A DNA stretch of 64,000 nucleotides from Nemertoderma westbladi (lineage: Eukaryota; Animalia; Xenacoelomorpha), in NCBI GenBank assembly GCA_032718475.1, contig JAUCBJ010008260.1, positions 14,623 to 78,622 on the forward strand, given 5' to 3'. The notes below the pieces were generated by a model. The model ran no database searches and was not told the DNA's origin. It saw nothing but the letters and a program-made list of their open reading frames with translations. Positions 12,901 through 26,395 of this stretch are shown piece after piece; the stretch's first letter is position 1, and each line of letters begins with the position of its first letter. Position numbers and translations under genes: made by a program.

Positions 12901-14906
12901 CGATCTCTTTAATAGACACGTCCGTTTTGGGAGGCGTTACGTTAATGTCGTGACGCAATTCTCCGCTGTCGAAGATTAAAATGCGACCTTGATCCGTCCC
13001 GATTGCCATAGCAACGTCCGACAACCATGTGTGGTAGGTGAAGTTTTGTGACTCAAACTTTGGAAAGGAAGTTTGTTTGAATACGCCTTCGGTGTATCGG
13101 AACTGTCTAATGAGACCATTTCCAATAACGCAAACCTAAAAATATTAAAACAGAACAGCACTGTTACTACAAGGGTTAGGATTTGTTACTGAAATATTTT
13201 TTATTTAAATCAATTAAAAAAATACGTTCACTTTCCATTCATACCTGTTCGTTTATCAGTGACACTCAATGGTTCATTTTCTCGTATTATTCATGTGGTC
13301 ATTATCATGTACCACTCACTCACTTACCTTTTCATAAACCAGTTATGGTACTCCTCCACACCTGTTCATTCTCACATGTTAATTTACCCTTGCAAGTGCA
13401 ACCCTTGTGTACACCACAATTTTCCATTCACATGTTCATTCTAGCATATGCCACTTACTTCTCAATTACCCAGCGCAACTAATGTGTTCAATTTAATGTG
13501 TTCATTCACTTAAATGTGTTCCCTTTCACATTATCACGCCTCACTCACCTGCGTGTTATCCTGGGGATTAAACGAACATTGATTTATAGGGCTTCCATTC
13601 TGATTGGTTGTTACAACTTTAGCCATTAGCTTGTTCTTCTCCCAGGCCCAATAATAAAGCATCCAATCAGGCCGCCCGCCCTGGGCTATGAGATACTTCG
13701 AATCGGGACTGAAACACAAACTAACGAACTCGCTAGCCGGAGTTTCGCCTTGGTTAAGGACTTTGCGTTTCCTTGCCGACTGGGCCAGGAGATCGTGGAT
13801 CGTGACGTTGGCTTTGTCGTGTCCCGTTTCCGCAATGGCAACGTATCTGGAAAGGGGGGGGGGGGGGGGATAAAGTTTCATTTATTATTTAGAACTTTAA
13901 TCCTAGAACTATTTTATACGCGCATTAAATCGAAGCCTAGAGTATAGGAATAGACCCGGGAAGCTCCTGTGCGCATTTTCTAGTTCCGTTTCGTATAAAT
14001 AGCTCGTATAACGAAAAGTAAAATCGAATCGCAAAACATTAAAAACAGTTTAAAAATCGTGGTATAACATGCTAGGCGAGTGTAGGGGATTTACGGTCTA
14101 ATAGAACGGTAATACGATAATACTGCGCCAAGAAATATTAACAGCTTGCAGCGTTATGGATACGACATTTAGTTTCACAAACGCACGAGTGCAATAATGT
14201 AATTGAGGGTCTTAATGCTGTAAAGAAACGAGGTTGTTTCAACTATAAGCATAAGTAAACCTAATCGATTTACATTATAGTGTTTCCAACCAAAACATGA
14301 AACTCAAATAATTATGTAATTAATTGATAGAATGTATTTATTTATGAAAAATTTATAAAAACGTCCAGAGGTACTGTAATAAGTATACAATAATGTTCTT
14401 TTCACAATGGGATTATTAATGTAATGTATTATAATCCATTGTGTAATGTATTTCTGTAAGGCATGGAGGGCGTCACACTAACTCCCAAGGTTGAATACCG
14501 GCTCGCGAAGGATATAAGTGAGTGACATCTTCACCAATTAGCCACTTGGGCATTCGTTTAATTAATAATCATCTTTGTTAACTCATCGGCTTTGAGTCGA
14601 GATAGGAATTTCGTCAATGACCCCCGCCCCCCCTCTCATATCTCTAATTAAGACCTATTTCATATATTATTAACCTAATTAAGGCGAGATAGACAGAAAC
14701 ACAAACCTTCGATTTGGGCTGATAGCCATCGCTGTGATCCCTTCACTACAGTTGATAAACTTCTGGCCCTTCTGATCCACATTGTAAGTGACCAGACAGC
14801 TCCCAGCTGGGTAGATTATAGTCTGCTCGTCTACATGGCTCACATTGTTAACCACCCCAGACTTAAATCCAAATATGTGCTTCACTTGCGACACTCCAAT
14901 TGACAT
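9977..14906 (-). CDS. CFAP57: Cilia- and flagella-associated protein 57 (WDR65), WD40 repeats + long coiled coil, ~1218 aa, 3 exons
   Basis: Exons 14906-14707, 13846-13549 and 13135-9977. GT-AG introns with compatible phases (2, 0); 3657 nt in total. Recognisable motifs: HIFG near the N-terminus, [74 protein letters not shown]. Confidence 0.93.
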
Positions 14907-15253
14907 GGCTGTTTTTTCTTATTGCAAACTATTTTTACTTCTGATTTACGTATGGACAACAATTGCAGAATGGGCAACAAATATCGTTAACATCAACAGA
15001 GTTTCAGCGAATACGGTATCAAACAATGTTATCTTATTTACCACCTTTTATAAAAAACGGTTGCTAATAAAAATTACACAAAATTCAGGTTCCATTAATT
15101 ACTTATAAAGTTTAAGTATTTTTGTGTGCTTCAGTGGTCCACATAATGTTACAAATACAGCTAACGTATACCGGTACTGGTAGTGCAGTTTTCCAAGTTA
15201 CCGGTACCTAAGCCAATCAACAAACACAGAATAAATATTACATTGTTTTATTC

Positions 15254-15266
15254 GTTGCCTGGTAAC
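15254..15266. promoter_or_regulatory. RFX X-box upstream of CFAP57
   Basis: GTTGCCTGGTAAC fits GTTRCC(N0-3)RGYAAC and lies ~350 bp upstream of the ATG of a motile-cilia gene. A CCAAT (15213) and forkhead-like ACAAACA (15220, 15369) are nearby. Confidence 0.65.
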
Positions 15267-16144
15267 AATTCATATTTGGAAATATTGATTGTTCAACGCC
15301 ACACTGCGGTTGGCATTGAAACTATATTAATTTGAATTCCAATTCAATGGTGTACTTAAATACAGTACACAAACATTTTAAACAAAGATTTTTAAAAATC
15401 TTTGAAAAATGTTTGAGTATTTTTTTTTGTTAGTAAATACTAACAAAAAAAAATACTCAAACATTTTTATTCATTGGTTAGCGCGACTAAGAGTAGAATT
15501 ATTATAAAGTATTTTTAAGAAACGATTTTTATCGAATATAATATTATATTATTTTATCTAAAAACCTAAGAAAAACACAACGGATGGGAACCCACACATT
15601 AACATCTGATAGGTCAACGTCATCATGTTGTCATAAAAATTGATTTCATTTAATGTGAAAAACATTTCTAACAAAAATATTAGAAATCTATATTTTTATC
15701 ACTACAGTAGGCCTACTTAATCAATATTATTCTAATTATATTTCAGTTATTTTTCATTACCTAGTAGACGTTTTTGGATATTACGTGGATTTCAAATAAA
15801 ATACATAAGTGATCCGCGCTTAAAACTTACTCAAATAAAATTTTATTATAAATAATTGGTGTCGGAGTAACGGGTAAAAAACGTGTAATCATGAAATGTG
15901 AAAAAAATTACTTCTCCCACTAAATTTATAAAAACCACAGTTAAAGAAAGTAAATGGCCATTTAGCTTAACAATATAATTATTTAATTTATTAGTTTTAA
16001 TTAGTACCGGTAGGGCTACAGCTTTTCTTACACTTTCAAACCAAGGCGTAGATCTAAAATATAAAGTGGATAGGAGTAAAATGTGAAAGGGAAAGAATTA
16101 AGGTTAAACTCAAAATGTAGGATTGTTAATTCTAAGTGGCGATA

Positions 16145-16615
16145 AAGTAGAACCAGCACTCTTATTTGGTAGTCCATGCTGGGCTCTAACTGCAGAGGAT
16201 ACCAAATCTATGGCACTTTCACAAGAATGCTGCGCCGGGTTCATTGTGTCAAGTACAATGAACACATCTCCAACCAGACACTATATAACATTGGGGGTGT
16301 CTCATTGGTTCCCCCAAGCTTGACACTATAACAAAATCGCCTCCGCTTTGCAGGACATTGCTTTCGCCGTGAGGACCAGCCAGTGCATAATCTTGTGCTT
16401 TGGCGGCCTCATGGAGTGAATAAGCCTGGTGGACAGCCCATGACTTTCTTGAGACGCATCTTAAAGGACACTGGCCTTGAAGATGCGCATGATCTAGCAA
16501 ATGCCATGGGTGATAGGCAGTTGTGGCGGCGCAATTTTATCGACAAGCCGGCATAGCATTCCCAATATATTATATAATTCAGCTGCAATGCAGCATGCCG
16601 ATCGTAGAAGTAACT
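16145..16615 (+). mobile_element. Degraded LINE 3' end
   Basis: CGCCTCCGCTTTGCAGGACATTGC (RLRFAGHC) and a 3' UTR (GCTGCAATGCAGCATGCC) shared with the copies at ~50000-50330 and ~56270-56470. Confidence 0.75.
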
Positions 16616-17019
16616 GTAACGCTGTAGGTAGTTGTAAAAGCAAAAACGTTACCTATTATTTTACTTTATTATTCATTATTTTAGTTATTGGCAAAAATTG
16701 TACATTTTTATACAATTTTACAAATTTTAAGCTGCAGGGCATATAAATTCAGATATAGCAAATCCCGATATTTTTCCATCGCGATCGGGATTTTTCACCA
16801 GGGTACCGTTGTAACCGTACTATACCAGTCTAATATTAGTTTTACTCATTTAACAAACAAGTATATACTTTTTTACAGCGAACAATACGGGATGGGTAGA
16901 TTCGCACTACAATATTTAAATACGAATATTGTTGGTAACACAATTTTTCACTTTACCAATTAATTATATAACTTTACCAATTCTATGTCCTGTTCCAAAT
17001 ATAGATCTGGCGGAACACC

Positions 17020-17150
17020 GTACAGTGACAATGCAATGGGTGTGTGTTGTGTGTATGTGTACGTAGTGACAATGCAATGGGTGTGTGTTGTGTGTATGTG
17101 TACGTACAGTGACAATGCAATGCAATGGGTGTGTGTTGTGTGTATGTGTA
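17020..17150. repeat. ~42-bp GT-rich tandem repeat, 3 copies
   Basis: AGTGACAATGCAATGGGTGTGTGTTGTGTGTATGTG occurs three times. Confidence 0.9.
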
Positions 17151-17214
17151 AAGAGAGATGGTCCCCGTTGCAGTCAAGGCCAAAATAGAGAACATTTTAT
17201 AGTTATTATAATTA

Positions 17215-17560
17215 TACTTTCTTACAATATAAATCTCATAGTGAATAAAGTAAATAATGTATATCTAATATTTATTTAGTGTGTGTTTTTGTGTTGTGTT
17301 AATAATGCAAGATTTGATAGACTTATGGCGGCAATTGCTTCACAACAAAGTTAATTATTCCAGAAGAATATATCCCAAACCGAACAACTGCACGGTTTGG
17401 GATATATTCTTCTGGAATAATTAAATTTGTTGTGAATCAATTGCCGCCATAAGTCTATCTAATCTTGCATTATTAACACAACACAAAAACACACACTAAA
17501 TACATATTAGATATACATTATTTACTTTATTCACTATGAGATTTATATTGTAAGAAAGTA
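17215..17560. mobile_element. Foldback/palindromic MITE-like element (~168-bp arms, ~10-nt loop)
   Basis: The two arms are near-perfect reverse complements with a few mismatches; TA at both ends. Confidence 0.85.
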
Positions 17561-17918
17561 CACCATGAACCGTAATATAGTGTCATTTTCTGATACAACG
17601 GACCCCCCCCCCCCAGATTTTTCTACAAATCTTGATACATATTTGGAATCCTTTCTAATGATATGATAAGGTTTCGACTAATGTGAAGAATGGCCACGAT
17701 ACGAAGGGTGCGATTTCGCAGAAGACACTTTTTTAAAACGCCTATAAACAAAATTTAAAGGCAAAATCGAAAATTCCGGCTTCCTGGTAACAACCACGGT
17801 GAGTTGAACTAGTTCTGCTTCGAATTTCAAGCAATATGTTACAGATTTGTAGAAAAATCTGGGGGGGGGGGGGGTCGGTGTCATCAGAAACTGACACTAT
17901 ATAAAGGGTCATGGTGTA
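17559..17918. mobile_element. MITE with ~70-bp imperfect TIRs and TA flanks (Tc1/mariner-type target)
   Basis: TACACCATGA..TATAGTGTCA.TTTCTGAT..GAC(C)nAGATTTTTCTACAAATCT is mirrored at the right end. Confidence 0.8.
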
Positions 17919-19153
17919 TATGTATAGTAACCAATGTACATTTAGTGCTGCATTAGTGACGTCACTAATGCAGTTTTCCGAAACGGCCTGATATTTCGAT
18001 GTTGCTAGTTTTGCATTTTAAAATCGCTATAACTTAGCCAATATTTTTTTTGAAATAAAATTGCTCTCTGGGGTTTTTTCACACGATCTTTCACATGAAA
18101 CCAACGAAAACTCGATCAAAATTTCCGAGTCGCCAACTCCATTAGTTAAAGTGTAATAAATGGGGGGGGGGGGGGGGGGGGGGGGGTTGTCGGCAAATAT
18201 TTCGATAGAAATAATAATACTTACAGACATGGATACGATACGAAATCTGATTTATCAAAGGTATCGAATTTCGTATCGTATCATATAAATACTTTTAGTA
18301 TCGTATAATACGAATATATAAATATTTTTCATATCGTATATTACTATTTTGTATTAATTTATCAATTTCAAGTTAGAGAACAAAATAAATAAAACATAGT
18401 TTTATTTTTGTATTAATAAGTTTGACTGTCGAACTACAACAGCCGGCAGTACAATAAATTGGCATAGTAACGGTAAGGCCAACTATGAGGCCCCGTTGCA
18501 TAACGTCTTTATGGGTGTTGTAGCCAGTAGACACACTGGTATATAATATTACCGCATTATGGTTGCTTGGCAACGTCCAATCTTTAGTCTCCTATAATAA
18601 ATTACTCATTAATTAGACCAACTACGGCATACAGGAGAAACACATTACATCGTAAAACAGTACCACATGTAAAGTGTCAGCATTCGGAATTAGGGCCCTC
18701 TGTTTTCTTATTGCACTCGCTACGCTCGCTCGTGAAATAAACTAACTCAGCGCGGACCCGTAGCGCTTCCAGGTGCTGCAAAACTCGCAATGCAACAACA
18801 AATAGTTATAATTTCACCAAAATTGACGGGATCTGCCCCAAAACTACTTATAATGAATTTAAAATAAACTAAGAAATTAAACAGCCTCACGCAATGCAAT
18901 ACTTATAATATTAAGGATTGTTTTGTTGGAAAATATTGTTATTATTAATTATAAATGCGCCGCTGCGAGATAATCTCCTTATAGATTCAAAGAGTTTCAC
19001 AATATCATTGAATCGGCGAGATTTCGAAAAATGTAAACGTTTTAAGACGATGTGGATATTAACAGCGTCTTACATCTTAGGTCTTATAAGTCCTAAGTGG
19101 CGTCCCAGTCGGTTCGTAAGTCACATAAATAAATAAACCAATACAAAAAACGG

Positions 19154-19984
19154 CTACAGATCGGATCGAACCTTGAAACCCGGGCCGCTAGGGGGCGTTG
19201 TTAGCGACGTGAGGCCCCCTGCCGGCTCGCACGCGAATCTACCGCTCCGGGGCCCCACCTTGGGGGTCCGTCCCGCGGCCAAGTCCTCTAGAATGTCGAC
19301 GACATCCGATGGTTTAAGGTCCTCGTAGTAGTGGTCCCCGATCTGCATCATTGGGGCGTTGACGCAGGCCCCCAGACACTCGGCCTCCGATAATGTAAAC
19401 AACTTGTCGGTCGTAGTTTCCCCGACTTTTATTCCTAACTTAGTCTCAACCGCCTCGCGGATGCCATCCGAACCGCACAACCAACACGGTGTTGTTGTAC
19501 AAATTTGTATGTGGAATTTTCCCATCGGTTTTCTATTGAACATCGTGTAGAAGGTGGCCACTTCGTAAACCCGCATTTTCGGCATGTTAAGAACAGCGGC
19601 GACTTTATTCATTGCGGATATCGGCAACCATCCATGTTGCCGTTGGGCTAAATCGAGCAGCGGAATGACTGCTGCGTTGGTGTGTCCCTCCGGATAATTA
19701 CCGATGATCGCTTTTATTCGGGTTTCGTTCTCGGTGGAGAACTCGAACGGAGTATCGGGGTTGTTGTCCGGGGTATCGGTGTGCGAAAATCCCCCACCAG
19801 AAGAGAACTTCCTCGGGAGGTGATTACATACGCCACCGGTACCGGTGCAGGTGGTACCGGTAGGTGGAGGGGAGAAATAGGCGCAAATGTTGGCAGAACT
19901 TCCGCGAGAATTCAGGTTTCTTGTTAAGCCTATAGCATTACCGGTACCGAATCGATTTCTAAATAAAAGTCTCATTGACGCCAT
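19154..19984 (-). CDS. NDUFV2: NADH:ubiquinone oxidoreductase 24-kDa subunit (complex I), intronless, 276 aa from the first ATG
   Basis: Intact ORF with an Arg-rich presequence, [29 protein letters not shown], the [2Fe-2S] ligands CTTTPC...CLGAC and the C-terminal GPRSGR..CEP..GLTSLT..P.GPGF..RSDL. First ATG at 19984 (the ORF track starts at an upstream TTG). Confidence 0.96.
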   Translation of the reverse strand: MASMRLLFRNRFGTGNAIGLTRNLNSRGSSANICAYFSPPPTGTTCTGTGGVCNHLPRKFSSGGGFSHTDTPDNNPDTPFEFSTENETRIKAIIGNYPEGHTNAAVIPLLDLAQRQHGWLPISAMNKVAAVLNMPKMRVYEVATFYTMFNRKPMGKFHIQICTTTPCWLCGSDGIREAVETKLGIKVGETTTDKLFTLSEAECLGACVNAPMMQIGDHYYEDLKPSDVVDILEDLAAGRTPKVGPRSGRFACEPAGGLTSLTTPPSGPGFKVRSDL

Positions 19985-20124
19985 TTCCAATGACAGAATG
20001 AGGGCGGACGGGAAAGTGTCGTTAGTTACGGTACGGTACCCTACAGAGTTCAGGAGTTCTAGTACTCAATTGTTACAATGTCTAATGATTGGTGCAATAT
20101 ATTAGATAAACGACAGAGCATTAA

Positions 20125-21480
20125 CACAATTTATATTGACTTCGCGAAAGCCTTCGATTCTGTTGTACATAAGAAATTACTTGCCAAACTATCTGCCTAT
20201 GGTATATCTGGAGATTTGCTACTACAGTACTATGGCTAACTGCATTTGTATCGGATTGTAGCCAACGTGTTGTGGTTGGGAATAGTTTTTCCGATGTATT
20301 TTATCTGGTACCCCTCAAGGTAGCGTGCTTGGTCCAATTTTGTTTGTCCTCTTTATAAATGGCCTACCGGATGTAATTAATGATATTGTATCTTGCAAAT
20401 TGTTTGCCGACGATGTTAAGCTGTACGCACGTTCCTCAGATCGACTTTTACTCGCGGAATCGTTATCAGCTTTGGAAAAGTGGGCTGATGTATGGCAACT
20501 TAAAATTGCAGGTCAGAAATGTAGCGTGCTTTGCATCGGTTCGGCAGATAGCAACGATACACAGTACATGTTAGGCGGTAAATATTTAAAAGTGGTTATC
20601 GTTCATATGCGTACCTCTGGCAAAAGAAGCAGGTTACAGTGGTGGTGTTTTCTAACCAAAACAATAAACTAATCTCCATTACTTAATTAACGGAAAGGAG
20701 CAGGTTACAGTGGTGCGCTTTTCTAACCAAAACAATAAACAATATCTCAATAACATAGGGTATTTCATACTTATAGTCTTATTTTTGCAATACGAAAATA
20801 CCAGAGGTACGCATATGAACTATAACTTTAAAAGTTGATACTTCCTGTAGAGACCTTGGCATTACAGTGTGCAGTACTCAAAATTTTGACGTTTATTGTC
20901 GCGAACAAGCTGCCAAAGCATTAAAAATGACAAATTTGATTTTTAAATGTTTCCAAACAAACAATCGTACTGCCTTAATTACTGCTTTTAAATCTTATGT
21001 ACGTCCACTTTTAAAATATTGTACGCCCATATGGTCTCCATTTCATTTAGGTAGTATAGACTTACTTGAGAGGGTCCAGAGATATTTTTCACGTCGCCTT
21101 TTTAAACGTTGTGATTTGGATTGTACAGTAAGCTATCTAGATCGAATTAAACTTTTACATCTTCAACCACTGGAAGTGCGCCGTATTATTTTTGACCTAA
21201 AGATGACTTTCGCTATTTTTAACAATGAAGTCGACCTAAACTTCTCTGACTTTTTTGCCCTAGCTCCCAGGAGGAAATGGTCGTAAGAGGAAATGGTCGT
21301 AAACTGTTTCATCATCAATCTCGCCTTCAAATTTGCAAAAATATTTTCTCCCACAGAGTGGTGCCCATTTCGCTTCCAGCTGAAGTTGTAACTTCAACTA
21401 AGAAATCATTATTTTCGCGCAAGATTAAAGAAATTGACCTTCTTTCTTTTTGTAATTTTAATCGCAATATGATAGAGTGA
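20125..21480 (+). mobile_element. Degraded CR1/Jockey-group LINE RT, interrupted by an insertion
   Basis: IYIDFAKAFDSV, PQGSVLGPILF.LFIN.LP, LFADDVKLY, RDLG, FKSYVRPLL.YCTPIWSP, LERVQR.F, F..RVV; several frameshifts. Confidence 0.9.
20586..20831. mobile_element. MITE-like insertion with ~27-bp terminal inverted repeats and TTAA flanks, inside the CR1-like LINE
   Basis: GTTATCGTTCATATGCGTACCTCTGG ... CCAGAGGTACGCATATGAACTATAAC, with TTAA on both sides; LINE homology resumes afterwards. TTAA target duplication is typical of piggyBac/Kolobok. Confidence 0.75.
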
Positions 21481-22109
21481 TATTTTTATTTCCGTGTACT
21501 ACAACTGTATATTTATTTTTATCTTTTGTAATATATGTAAATATTTATACTGTATATTTTTATCTACGCTATCGTTAGATTCGATCTGATATTTTTATTT
21601 CCGTGTTCTACTGTATGTTTTTTCTTCAGCACTACACTGTCGACTGTTCTTTACTTTATTATTTAAATTAACCATTCAATACGTTATTTTTATTTTCCTG
21701 CTTTCTGTAGGCCTATGTTTTTATCAGCCCTCTGTATACTATTGATTTTTAAATTACCATTGGATATACTGTATATTTTAATTAGATGCATTGGTCACTT
21801 TCTTTCAGATAATTCCGTTTGGTGTCTGTTTTTATTTTCTTCTGTGTCCGCTTAGCAACTGTGAGTGTACCTGGTTTTTACCGTAAGTGTACCTAGTTGT
21901 TTTTCTCCGGTGACAATTTTATTTCATTTTATAATATTTCACTGTGTTAATAATAATAATAATAATAAGAATAGTTAGGTTGATGGAGGAAGTGAGTAGT
22001 ACAGCGGTACTGCTGCAGTGCTGTACAGCAGCTCTTACTGCAGCACTTCTATTACATTCTACTGTATTTCTGTAGCGCCGATGGCGCAACAAAGCGCAAA
22101 TAATTTTGC

Positions 22110-24310
22110 TAATTTATTTCGTATTTCTAAAGCTATACTGGTTGTCAAAGCCGCTGATCACGATACAACTCGTTAAAAATCATTCATGGTAACGCAACTA
22201 TCATTTTGTCTGGTGGGATGAAAAAAACAAAGGATAAAATTTCAAACGGCAAAAGATCATGGTCACGTAAAATAGCCCAATATTGGACATTTGGATTAGT
22301 ACTGCATCTGTTATGTATTGCGTGGTCAAATTGTGGCTGCCTTGCAGTCGTTTTTCTATGTAGATTAAATTGAATAATTTTTCAACTATTTAAAAAAATG
22401 TTTTTTTTTTAAGAATGTGAGGTATTTACGAAGTTACAACAGTTTGAAACATGTGATTGATTTGTGGCTCGAATTGATGTGGCTCCCAATTCTTATATTT
22501 TCTAAGTGCAGTTTAAGTCTAAAATACAAGATAATGTTAAACCTATTTCTCGCAGAAAATTTGCTTGAATAATTAATTTGTTTGAAAAAGTGACAATTTT
22601 GAGGTTTCCTGTATCCCTGAGCACAATATGTGGCTCCAAATCTATGAATAGCTCTATAGTACCACTCGTATTTCAATTACATGTAATTTGTTAAAAAATT
22701 TGCAATTTTGTTATCACTATTTAATAATAATTTAGATATTTTCATTATAAGTGATTTAATTGCGGTGGCTTTGACAGTTACTTTGTTTCGACGTTGGGCC
22801 CTACTTCATTTTCTTAGATAAGAATTTATAATTTTCTTCCTTTTTTCAAAGTTTATAAACATTATACAGTACAACTTAACTGGACGCTCAATACTAATTT
22901 GTTGAACTACAGTGTGTATAACTAACTTATTCCCTCGAACAGTGACTTCTTTGTGGCTCTCCTTCCTTCATATTCTTGTTAACTTTCAATGAAATTCGTG
23001 ATTTATCCCAAAAAAAAAAAACTTTTGGCGATGAACCCATCAATTTGCCATCCTTATAATCAATGGTCACAAAAGCGGGAAATTCAAACCTATAAACATT
23101 TCATAAGTATATACAGTACTATCAAAACCCCCCAAAGGTCACTTAATTAAAAATATTGTTATCTTCATTTCTATTTGTAAGTGTGCGTATAATTAAATTA
23201 AACTTCTTTGTAAATCATTTTATAAGATTTTTTGTAGTTTATAGATTAAAATTTCAAAGTTTAAATACATATCGAAGCCGTCTGATCGTCACTTTTAATA
23301 AAAAATATTGTTTATTTTTTTCAAAATAAACACAGGAACAATTTTGCAACCTTTTGAGCGCACCCATTAAAGTTGTTTCAATTTTTCATATAAAACTTCA
23401 AAAACTTACCTGCCTATTGAACCTCCAAATCATCACATTTAATTAAAAATTTCGTTTTTTATCTTTTGGAAAATGTTGAAAGAACTATTTTTCTTTAATT
23501 CTTGTTCACCCACGAGTTTTTTTTGCAATTTATAGTCTAAAGTTTCGAAAGTTTAAGTTCATATTGAAACTGCCAAATCGTCACAATTAATGAAAAATAC
23601 TTTTTTTATCTTTTGTAATATGTTAAAAAACAATTTTGACAATGTTTTGGCGCACTTTGACGTATTATTTTTATTTTTTATTATTTATTAAGAATACCAG
23701 TTTGGTTTTATATATTTTTTTATATCAAAAAGAAACCACAAATACGTCCCATTTTCATTTAAAAGTGGATCACATTTATATGCCACGAGAATGAACCCAT
23801 TTAATGTTGCGGATTGACGTCGAGCGTGACGTGAGCATATTATATGTTGCATAAACTCTTTTATTTATATACGTGGCAAGACCCTCACCCCACCCAGTTC
23901 TTCCCTCCAGCCCCCTGGAGGCTCAACATATAACGAGAATGAACGGTATTTAATGTGCCCAAATACAGGAGTTTTATTTCCCTCCCAGAGAGTGACAGAG
24001 TCTGGGAGACGAATAAGTGGTTGGAGCTAACTTTACCTATTGAGCCACTTCTATACCACATTTTTCAAAAATTTATTTTCTAAATTGGTAAAATTAAATT
24101 GTCTTAGTAAACCGTGAAAATTGCAGGTCATAAAATGAAAAATTGTTCTTTCTATAAAGGTTTAAACAAAAAAGTGGATTTTTTGGTACTTTTCAAATGT
24201 CCAATTTTATTTGACCATGATCAAAAATCGAATTTGTTTGGATAATACGATATTTTTTGAGTGTCATATTCGTGAATCAGCATCCCAGACAACCTGTACT
24301 TTCATAAAAT
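22110..24310. mobile_element. Old non-autonomous DNA element with long degenerate inverted ends
   Basis: Three colinear blocks at 22125-22292 (GGTTGTC; GCTGATCACGA; GATCATGGTCA..ATTGGACATTT) have reverse-complement counterparts at 24195-24308. True termini were not resolved. Confidence 0.45.
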
Positions 24311-26395
24311 CGGGTTGATTTGACGGTAATGGTTTTTGATTATCAAAATTACGTCCTACTTGTATTTTTCGTGCCGCACATTGGGGAAAAATAAGATTTA
24401 AGAAAATACGGTAGTAAGCTTGTGGTGACAAATACTTGGCAAACAAATTGGAATGTTAATTATAGTTTATCGCAGGTAGGAGATATTTGAAAAATAAATA
24501 AATGGCAATATTTTAGGCATCTTTATTTAGTCAATGAAGTAAAAAACTGATAAAGAAATTACAAAAACAAAACTCACAATCCCCAATACCAGAAGAAATT
24601 ACGAATATTATCCACACCTGTGTGAGAAATTCTAACAATTGGTTTTAATTATTTTTATGATTAATTATTAAAAGTTAATTAGAAACAGAATAAAGCACAA
24701 TAGAGCTATATACCGGCACAACTCGATAACTTCGAATTAGAAAATGGCCAATATTGTTGCACAAAAAGTTGGATTTACTGAATGATCAATAATTAATATG
24801 TAGAATAATAACTATTTATTACATTTAAAATAAATAAAGAATTATTTCCCGCAGACACCGATGTATAATGTACCGAGGGAGCGAGGTCATATCAATGGAA
24901 GAAATGAAATAAAGCCATTTATTTTTCATATAATACAATACGTAATTTGTAGTCTTAAAATTGCCTTTCTTCCTATATCCCTGATAACTTTATACATATA
25001 ACGGTACCAGAACTCATTAGGTACAGGTACCGTTACTAACTACACCTGTACTACTGTGCTGCAATGTACCGGTATTATTAACACCGGTTGTTAACCAAGT
25101 GCTGATTGTTATCTGCAGTATAAACTGCAAGGTTACTGACCACTGAATACAGAATACTTGCTGCATAGCGCTGCGGTCACTTTATCTACAATTTTACTCA
25201 ATACCTTACTTTTTATCTACTTTATCTCCAGGACTATAAAGTAAGAGTAATTAACCTGTATTTCTATTGGGCTCTTTGTCTCCCACTGGAAGTTATTCAG
25301 CAATTTTAAATTCAGAAACTTCACCTAAAAAGCGACAAGGTCAGGATAGGAAAGCAATTTTAAGAATCAATTGAATGCTGATGACAGAAAAAGCAAAAAA
25401 CATTGACATTGCGAACTGCCAATTCTATAATATTATAAGCCATTAAAAACATGAGCTGTGAATTAATTAATATTATTTAGAAAGAAGCAACAATAATTAC
25501 TATACGGCGGTCTCTTCTTGAGTGTAAGCAACTTTAAATTGGTACAATACCAGGTATTCGGATTAAAATAGGAATTAAAACAACAAATATCGTAAAGAAT
25601 TAGCTTCTTTTGATGTAAATATTGTTTAATCTTCTTTTAGAAAAAAAAATGAATATTGCACATTTAATAAATGGCACAATCTATGATTCATGTAAATAGA
25701 AATAGGTTGTGTGTGGCAGAGATAACTTTAATTTGTTTAAAAAAAAACATGTAATGATACGCAAAATTTCAATTCCGTTAAAACAATATTATTAAATCTC
25801 GCTTAAAAACACAACAATTAAATAAATATATAATTTTAAATGGGCAAATAAATATATAATAATAATAATATTCTATAAATATACTGTACAATAGCTGGGA
25901 TAATTGAATTGTTTAAAATATACATGATAAAGTAACTTATTTATACAGAAGTACTGTAAGTACGGACCGTAGGTATGTATTATTATATATTGTGAATTAT
26001 ATTTCTGTAATTTTATATTTTATGTGGCTGACTATTTATTTAGGATGAACAAAAAAAGATTTATTTACCTAATCTGTCATTGTGTTATATAAACTAATCG
26101 TTTTTTTTTATTCATTGTTACTGTCATTTAAACAAACAACCACGTTATAAAATATATAAAAGGCACAGATTTTAAAAATTGAAATTACTTAATATTTATC
26201 ATTATCAATAAAATAATATTAAATAAAATTAGTAAATAAAATTAAATATTATAAATCCTGAATTAATATTACGTTTCTAGAGTCTAAATGGCCTCTGATC
26301 GGGTTTTCTACAGTTTCGCCACTTTAGAAATGAATCCAATTCAACCTCATAACCGAACATAACGTAATTAGGTGTAAAATCGTATCAAACACACT

